IMG/VR virus record: IMGVR_UViG_2693429700_000019
Reading direction: 5' to 3' (one strand)
DNA from: a virus
Taxonomy: Duplodnaviria; Heunggongvirae; Uroviricota; Caudoviricetes
DNA: 22,217 nt
The position numbers and the translations under genes were made by a program. The notes below the pieces were generated by a model that was not told where the DNA came from, made no database searches, and saw only the letters and a list, made by a program, of their open reading frames with translations. Shown here one piece after another: positions 9,667 to 15,125 of the stretch. Numbering within the stretch: position 1 is the first letter of the stretch; each line of letters starts with the position of its first letter.

Positions 9667-9787
9667 GATGGCAAAGCGTAACAGGCTGATACAAAGGGCT
9701 TTTGTTGTAAGAAAACAGTCAGAACAGGGGGTTAAGGAGAACGGTTTCGCGCGCGGGTAATCTTCCTGTAATTACTCAGGGGGAGCA
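9667..9787. promoter_or_regulatory. Divergent late promoter region between O (minus) and P (plus)
   Basis: 121-bp intergenic region between divergently oriented capsid and terminase operons, as in P2 where Ogr-dependent late promoters sit. Contains short dyads (acaaagggcttttgt) but I could not identify a canonical TGT-N12-ACA element. Confidence 0.4.
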
Positions 9788-11539
9788 ATGATTCAGGACG
9801 CTTTTGTGCGCCAGCGTGCGCGGCAACTTTACTGGCAGGGTTATCCGCCCGCAGAAATATCACGTCTGATGGGAATAAACCCGAACACGATTTATGCGTG
9901 GAAAAAACGCGACCAGTGGGATGAAACGCCACCCGTGCAGCGTGTCACGCAGTCCATCGATGCGCGCCTCATCCAGCTTACTGAAAAACAGAATAAAACA
10001 GGTGGTGACTTCAAGGAAATAGACCTGCTGACCCGGCAGCTTAAAAAGCTGCATGATGGCCAGCCGGATGTGATGGCCGCAGGAAAGAAAGGCCGGGCGA
10101 AAAAACTCAAAAATCATTTCACGCCGGAACAGATTGCCGCACTGCGGGAAAAAATCATCAGCAGGCTGGAGTGGCATCAGCGGGGCTGGTTTGACTCCCT
10201 GACCCTTTGCAGGGAAGCCGGGATACGTAACAGGATGATCCTGAAATCCCGACAGATTGGGGCGACCTGGTATTTTGCACAGGAAGCACTGCTGATGGCG
10301 CTGCGTGACGATGTGGCACAACCTTACCAGCGTAACCAGATTTTTTTGTCTGCGTCGCGTCGTCAGGCGTTCCAGTTTAAAAGCATTATTCAGAAGGCTG
10401 CGGCTGAAGTTGATGTGGAGCTGAAAGGGGGCGATAAAATCATCCTCTCCAACGGCGCAGAGCTGCATTTTCTTGGTACTTCTGCTGCGACGGCACAGTC
10501 CTACACGGGCAATTTTTATTTTGATGAATTTTTCTGGGTCAGTCGCTTTGCTGAACTGCGCAAGGTGGCTGGCGCTATGGCAACCCTCAGCGGACTGCGG
10601 CGCACCTACTTCTCCACGCCATCCACCGAAACGCACGAGGCATACGCCTACTGGAATGGCGACCGCTGGAACGAGAAAAAGGCCACGCATAAACGCCAGC
10701 GTTTTTCTGTGGACTGGAAAACGCTGCATAACGGGCTTATCTGCCCTGACCGGACGTGGCGGCAAATTGTCACGCTGGAAGATGTGGTTAATCACGGCTG
10801 GAAACACACCGATATTGACGAAATTCGTGATGAAAACACCGAAGACGAGTTCCGCAATCTCTATATGTGTGAGTTTGTCCGCGAAGGGGAATCGGCATTT
10901 AACCTGAATATCCTGATTGGCTGCGGTGTTGACGGATACGACGACTGGAAAGACTGGAAACCTTTTGCTCCCCGCCCGATGGGAAATCGTCCGGTATGGA
11001 TTGGGTATGACGCAAACGGCAGCAGTGGAAACGGCGACAGCGGCGCTGTGTCCGTGGTGGTTCCTCCGGCTGTTCCTGGAGGCCGTTTTCGAACGGTGGA
11101 GACGCGACGCGTTCAGGGGCTGGAGTTTGAAGAACAGGCCAGAGTCATTGAAGAGTTCACGTGTCGCTACAACGTGGAACACATCGGCATTGATGTGACG
11201 GGCGAGAACGGGGAGGCTGTTTATCAGATAGTGAAACGGTTTTTCCCTGCTGCTATTCCGTACACCTTCACGCTGTCATCAAAACGGTCGCTGGTACTGA
11301 AAATGCTGCAAATAATGCGTGCCGGGCGGTGGGAATATGATCGCGCCGAACGCGAGCTGGTCGCAGCCTTTAACGCCGTGCGTAAGGTGAAAACACCGGG
11401 CGGCTTTATCACTTACGAAACGGACCGTGCGAGGGGGATCAGCCACGGCGACCTTGCGTGGGCAACCATGCTTGCTGTCATTAACGAACCGATTGGCGGC
11501 GAAGGGGAAAACGAGCGTTTTACGGTTATGGAGTTCTGA
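9788..11539 (+). CDS. P: Terminase large (ATPase) subunit gpP
   Basis: 583 aa; size and position as in P2 P; 1-nt overlap with the portal start (TGATG at 11537-11541). Confidence 0.85.
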   Translation: MIQDAFVRQRARQLYWQGYPPAEISRLMGINPNTIYAWKKRDQWDETPPVQRVTQSIDARLIQLTEKQNKTGGDFKEIDLLTRQLKKLHDGQPDVMAAGKKGRAKKLKNHFTPEQIAALREKIISRLEWHQRGWFDSLTLCREAGIRNRMILKSRQIGATWYFAQEALLMALRDDVAQPYQRNQIFLSASRRQAFQFKSIIQKAAAEVDVELKGGDKIILSNGAELHFLGTSAATAQSYTGNFYFDEFFWVSRFAELRKVAGAMATLSGLRRTYFSTPSTETHEAYAYWNGDRWNEKKATHKRQRFSVDWKTLHNGLICPDRTWRQIVTLEDVVNHGWKHTDIDEIRDENTEDEFRNLYMCEFVREGESAFNLNILIGCGVDGYDDWKDWKPFAPRPMGNRPVWIGYDANGSSGNGDSGAVSVVVPPAVPGGRFRTVETRRVQGLEFEEQARVIEEFTCRYNVEHIGIDVTGENGEAVYQIVKRFFPAAIPYTFTLSSKRSLVLKMLQIMRAGRWEYDRAERELVAAFNAVRKVKTPGGFITYETDRARGISHGDLAWATMLAVINEPIGGEGENERFTVMEF

Positions 11540-12585
11540 TGAGCAGAAAAAATAAAAAAGTGCGCATGAGTTCACGCATTGATCTCGCTGATGCGCTCAG
11601 GAAAGAATCATCGCTCAGTGCATTCACATTTGATGGTCCTTATCGCCTGACCGGGCATGACCTGCTGGACAATATGTACTGTGCTGATAACGGGCGGTGG
11701 TATGAAACCCCGGTGGACTGGTACGGTCTGGCAAGAGCCGCCCGGCAAACGTCCTGGCATCAGTCTGCGCTTTACTTTAAGCGTAATGTATTGCTCGGGT
11801 GCTACATCCCGCACCCGCTGCTTTCCCGGCAGGATTTCTCGGCGCTGGCGCTGGACTGGTTTGTGTTCGGTAACGCATTCCTTGAGCTTCGGAGCAATAT
11901 GCTCGGCGAACCGCTTAAATTACGGCACGCCCTGGCGAAATACATGCGACGCGGAAGCGATCTTGAATCATGGTGGTATGTGCAGGATGGCAAGGACGCG
12001 TTCCAGTTTCGCCCTGGCAAAGTGTGCCACCTGATGAATCCGGATATTAACCAGGAAATCTACGGCATGCCGGAATATCTTGGCGCATTACTCTCGGCCA
12101 GCCTTTCTCATTCGGCGGACATGTTCAGAAAACTGTATTACGACAACGGATCCCACGCCGGGTGCATCATCTACATCGGTGCAGCGCAGGTAAACCGCGA
12201 AAGCATGGACTCCCTGAAAGAAACGTTACAGGGTGCGCGTGGTGGTGGTGCATTTAAAAACGTGCTCATTCATGCGCCCAACGGGGGCAAAGAAGGGGTG
12301 CAAATTTTGCCGTTCCAGCAGATCACCGCAAAGGATGAGTTCATGAATGTTAAGGCGGCATCCCGTGATGATGTGCTGGCTGCGCACCGCGTTCCGCCGC
12401 AACTGATGGGGGCGATGCCGGGCGAAAAAAGTGCGTTTGGTGATGTGGAGAAGGCCGCGCGGGTTTACGCAATTAACGAGCTGATGCCCGTCATGGAGGC
12501 CATGAAGCACATCAATGACTGGCTTGGCGAAGAGGTGATCCGCTTTAACCCTTACGCACTGTTAGACACCCAGCCCACATCCTGA
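11539..12585 (+). CDS. Q: Portal protein gpQ
   Basis: 348 aa, coupled downstream of P; P2 Q is portal and has the same size/position. Confidence 0.85.
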   Translation: MSRKNKKVRMSSRIDLADALRKESSLSAFTFDGPYRLTGHDLLDNMYCADNGRWYETPVDWYGLARAARQTSWHQSALYFKRNVLLGCYIPHPLLSRQDFSALALDWFVFGNAFLELRSNMLGEPLKLRHALAKYMRRGSDLESWWYVQDGKDAFQFRPGKVCHLMNPDINQEIYGMPEYLGALLSASLSHSADMFRKLYYDNGSHAGCIIYIGAAQVNRESMDSLKETLQGARGGGAFKNVLIHAPNGGKEGVQILPFQQITAKDEFMNVKAASRDDVLAAHRVPPQLMGAMPGEKSAFGDVEKAARVYAINELMPVMEAMKHINDWLGEEVIRFNPYALLDTQPTS

Positions 12586-12612
12586 CGCGCTTCGCTTGTC
12601 TGCTGCTTCGCC

Positions 12613-12635
12613 GGGGCATAAAAAATTTATGCCCC
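12613..12635. other. Perfect 10-bp-stem palindrome ggggcataaa-aaa-tttatgcccc, 28 bp after Q stop (possible Q terminator or cos-associated element)
   Basis: Read directly; no U-tract on either side. Confidence 0.5.
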
Positions 12636-13033
12636 GACTCTCCAGCTCCTGTATCAGTCAGATAATTTCACGATGCTTTCCTGCTGATTGCCATCATCGA
12701 CAGTCAGACTCTTACGCAATCCCACCGCGTTGACTGCATGTTCTCGCCGTCTCAGTGCGATTTTGACGGCCTTACCTTTCACCCCATCAAATCAAAAGCC
12801 CTCACGTCTTTTTCACGCTCAGCGTGAGAAATACAGCCATTCTGTTCTATCTCTGCGACATCGTTCAGGGAATGCTATTTACCCCCTGAAACGCGGGCTG
12901 TTCCCCCGTCACCTGCGCGCAGAAAAAACGCGTTTTTTTGTGCACGTACGGATCCTTGACGGATCCAGCCACCACGCGGGCCGGAAGTACAAAAAGTCGT
13001 TCAAAAAAATTGTGCAAACTTGTGCACTATCGT

Positions 13034-13063
13034 GCAAACAAAAAAAGCGCCTTATCGGCGCTT
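13034..13063 (-). terminator. Rho-independent terminator (minus strand) just downstream of the 89-aa gene
   Basis: Minus-strand RNA forms aagcgcc-gataa-ggcgctt followed by TTTTTTTGTTTG. Confidence 0.7.
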
Positions 13064-13071
13064 CAAAAGTA

Positions 13072-13341
13072 TCAATTGTTGCTGTTTATTAATCGCCAAC
13101 CACGAACATATGCTTCATAGGCATCTCTGTGCCTTACAGTTCCAGCCTGGCTAAACGGAATGTTAGCTAAAACTAAATCATTCTGAGCCATAGCGCGTCC
13201 TTCAAGCGCATCTTTTATGCCTAGCTCAAAAGCACAGGCAGCGCATTTGTGCCGACCTTCTTGTCCTTGATATTCAGGGAGAGACAGAAATGTTGGATTA
13301 TAACGATGAGGGTTCTTGCAAATACCTGTTTTAGCCCGCAC
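13072..13341 (-). CDS. Hypothetical small protein (89 aa) with Cys/His cluster; GTG start
   Basis: ORF with SD-like gaggt upstream of GTG; contains C8, H12, H41-K-C43-A-A-C46; followed by a clean intrinsic terminator. Not recognised by me. Confidence 0.5.
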   Translation of the reverse strand: MRAKTGICKNPHRYNPTFLSLPEYQGQEGRHKCAACAFELGIKDALEGRAMAQNDLVLANIPFSQAGTVRHRDAYEAYVRGWRLINSNN

Positions 13342-13470
13342 TTTATTTACCTCATAGGAAAAATATGCGTGCCTTTACAGAGGTGCGTGTAAGCAATAAA
13401 ATATACGACGCACATTTTGATTTACTTCGGAAGGCACGCATATCAGGTTAAGTGAGTCCGACCGAGTTTT

Positions 13471-13500
13471 ACGCCCCAATAGTTGCTGCTATTGGGGCGT
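13471..13500 (+). other. 12-bp-stem hairpin acgccccaatag-ttgctg-ctattggggcgt with short flanking T runs (weak terminator-like or structural element)
   Basis: Perfect inverted repeat read from sequence; TTTT before and TTT after on plus strand. Confidence 0.4.
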
Positions 13501-13705
13501 TTTGCATGGACAATGCCGCGCAATTATCTTGTCGCTCACAATGCGAACGATCTTACAAAAAGGCACATTACTGTCAAGATAATTGATCGTTTTAATCGAT
13601 AGATAATAGACAATCTATTTGTTTAACAGATCGATTATTGAAGTAAGTGTGCCAAATGGAATGATACTGTCTCTATAAACGTGAGCATTTTTCGCGCAGA
13701 TGCTT

Positions 13706-14017
13706 TTACTCAGGAAATAACGCCCGGATATTCCCAGCCATCTGGCTGGTTATCTTAGCCACTGGTGCAGACTGTGCTTCAAACTTTTTTGAGCTGATTT
13801 GTGTCACAGGTAACATCTCATCATCAGCCCATGCGGCCAGTCGGTAAGCCTCTGCCGGATTCGTCTTCAGAAGTGCCAGCCCGGCCAGAAAAGCCACGCG
13901 TTGGCCGCTTTTGCGGGCTTCTGGTGTAAGGCTGTCCAGCCAGGCGCATGCTTCTCCTTCGTTCTTGACGGCGGCGGGCTTCAGATAGAAACTTATCCGT
14001 CTGGTTGGTGTCGTCAT
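13706..14017 (-). CDS. parR: ParR/StbB-like centromere-binding adaptor (type II partition), 103 aa
   Basis: From Met MTTPTRRISFYLKPAAV..WLDSLTPEARKSGQRVAFLAGLALL.. ; resembles plasmid R1 ParR N-terminal region as I recall it. aaggag SD lies inside the last codons of the upstream ParM gene. Confidence 0.7.
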   Translation of the reverse strand: MTTPTRRISFYLKPAAVKNEGEACAWLDSLTPEARKSGQRVAFLAGLALLKTNPAEAYRLAAWADDEMLPVTQISSKKFEAQSAPVAKITSQMAGNIRALFPE

Positions 14018-14021
14018 TGGT

Positions 14022-14981
14022 TTACTCCTTGTCCATTGCGTACAGCCCATTAACCAGAGCAAACTGTGGCACCCCGTCCGCGATGAAAGTCGCATTAACT
14101 CCGCAGGCTTCGCGGATAGCGGGTGCCACAATCTCCGCCCCGCCACCGACAACCATCACCCGCCCGTAACCCGAAAAAACCGCCAGCGCGCGGATCACGC
14201 GTTGTTTCAGTGTTTCTTCCTTTTCACGAATAACCGCCATCAGGCTGGCGTAATGCGCGTCATTGTGGATGTGCTGGCGCAGCCAGGCTTCATTATGGCG
14301 ATGTTCGATAATGGTATTGGCGATGTGGTGACTGGTGCGCATACCGTTAGTGGCCATCACCGACAGTACGGCATCGGCCATAAGAGAAACGCCTACGTGT
14401 GGATCGCAAAACACCTGGCTGATACCTGCCAGTTGCCCCTGAACCTTTGCCACATCCAGCGTGGTTCCGCCCAAATCCACAATCAGCAGGGATTCAAACG
14501 GACTCATGTCAGCCAGTGCTTTAAAGCCAGCCGGAATGGATTCAGGCATAACCCGTACGTTACGGATAGTGAATGCTTCGCCGTTCTGGTACTCCACCGG
14601 GCGCATGACGTTCGCTTTTTTGCGGTTGATGTTGGCCATGTCCGGCTGTGCGTTTGTGTCGAAATATTCGCTCAGTGGCAGGGTAACAACCACATCCACT
14701 TCCTGTGGCGTGATGTCTGATTTGACCAGCGCGTGATGAATGGCAATGACATTCACATCGCTGTACTGGTATTGCGTGTCGGTCGTCTGGACAAAGCGAT
14801 CGCTGACCGGATCAAAACCATAGCGCACGCCATCAAGCATGTAGTTAGCAGGCTGCGAGCCACCGAACGGCGCAGACCATTCCGACTTGAAGCTGTTCGG
14901 GCTGATGGCGTTGCGGCGTTCGCCGTTCTCAGTCCATGCCAGCTTGATGTTGGTGGAGCCGTCGTCGATGTAAATTTTCAT
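14022..14981 (-). CDS. parM: ParM/StbA-like actin-family segregation ATPase, 319 aa
   Basis: Actin-fold signature motifs IDDGSTNIKL (phosphate 1), LIVDLGGTTLDV (phosphate 2), VMVVGGGAEI (adenosine) and overall colinearity with plasmid R1 StbA/ParM as I recall it. Confidence 0.85.
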   Translation of the reverse strand: MKIYIDDGSTNIKLAWTENGERRNAISPNSFKSEWSAPFGGSQPANYMLDGVRYGFDPVSDRFVQTTDTQYQYSDVNVIAIHHALVKSDITPQEVDVVVTLPLSEYFDTNAQPDMANINRKKANVMRPVEYQNGEAFTIRNVRVMPESIPAGFKALADMSPFESLLIVDLGGTTLDVAKVQGQLAGISQVFCDPHVGVSLMADAVLSVMATNGMRTSHHIANTIIEHRHNEAWLRQHIHNDAHYASLMAVIREKEETLKQRVIRALAVFSGYGRVMVVGGGAEIVAPAIREACGVNATFIADGVPQFALVNGLYAMDKE

Positions 14982-15012
14982 GTCGGTTTTCCTTATGTTG
15001 ATTAATTAATCG

Positions 15013-15125
15013 TTTACGGGATTCTGAAATCCCGTTTTTGCCTGTTTTGTGCGCGCTTCATATATCGCTGCGCGTTTTTTGCTCATTTACGGGATTCGTG
15101 AGTCCCGTTTCTGTCTGTTTTTTGT
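15013..15125. repeat. Two ~38-bp direct repeats, each with an internal hairpin and T-rich tail, spanning the A stop codon and the A-parM intergenic region
   Basis: tttacgggattctgaaatcccgtttttgcctgttttgt (15013-15050) and tttacgggattcgtgagtcccgtttctgtctgttttttgt (15086-15125); internal dyads acgggatt/aatcccgt and acggga/tcccgt. Confidence 0.7.

Noticed and set aside
9860-11182. 440-aa ORF on the minus strand
   Set aside because: Lies entirely antisense to the terminase large-subunit gene P; translation is Arg/Pro-rich and low-complexity, typical of a spurious antisense ORF in GC-rich coding DNA.
12688-13120. Plus-strand ORFs of 134 and 60 aa in the post-Q region
   Set aside because: Highly basic, low-complexity translations, no ribosome-binding site; the region is better explained as the non-coding cos/terminator region. 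The 134-aa ORF would run through the minus-strand terminator of the 89-aa gene.
12586-13705. Possible retron (msr/msd ncRNA plus reverse transcriptase) in the P2 cargo hotspot
   Set aside because: Some P2-like prophages carry retrons here and the region has inverted repeats, but there is no ORF of reverse-transcriptase size or motif anywhere in the window.
15013-15125. Hairpin plus T-tract elements interpreted as plus-strand intrinsic terminators
   Set aside because: No plus-strand gene ends upstream of them; their duplication and position at the parM 5' side fit a protein-binding or origin element better, though an insulating-terminator role cannot be excluded.
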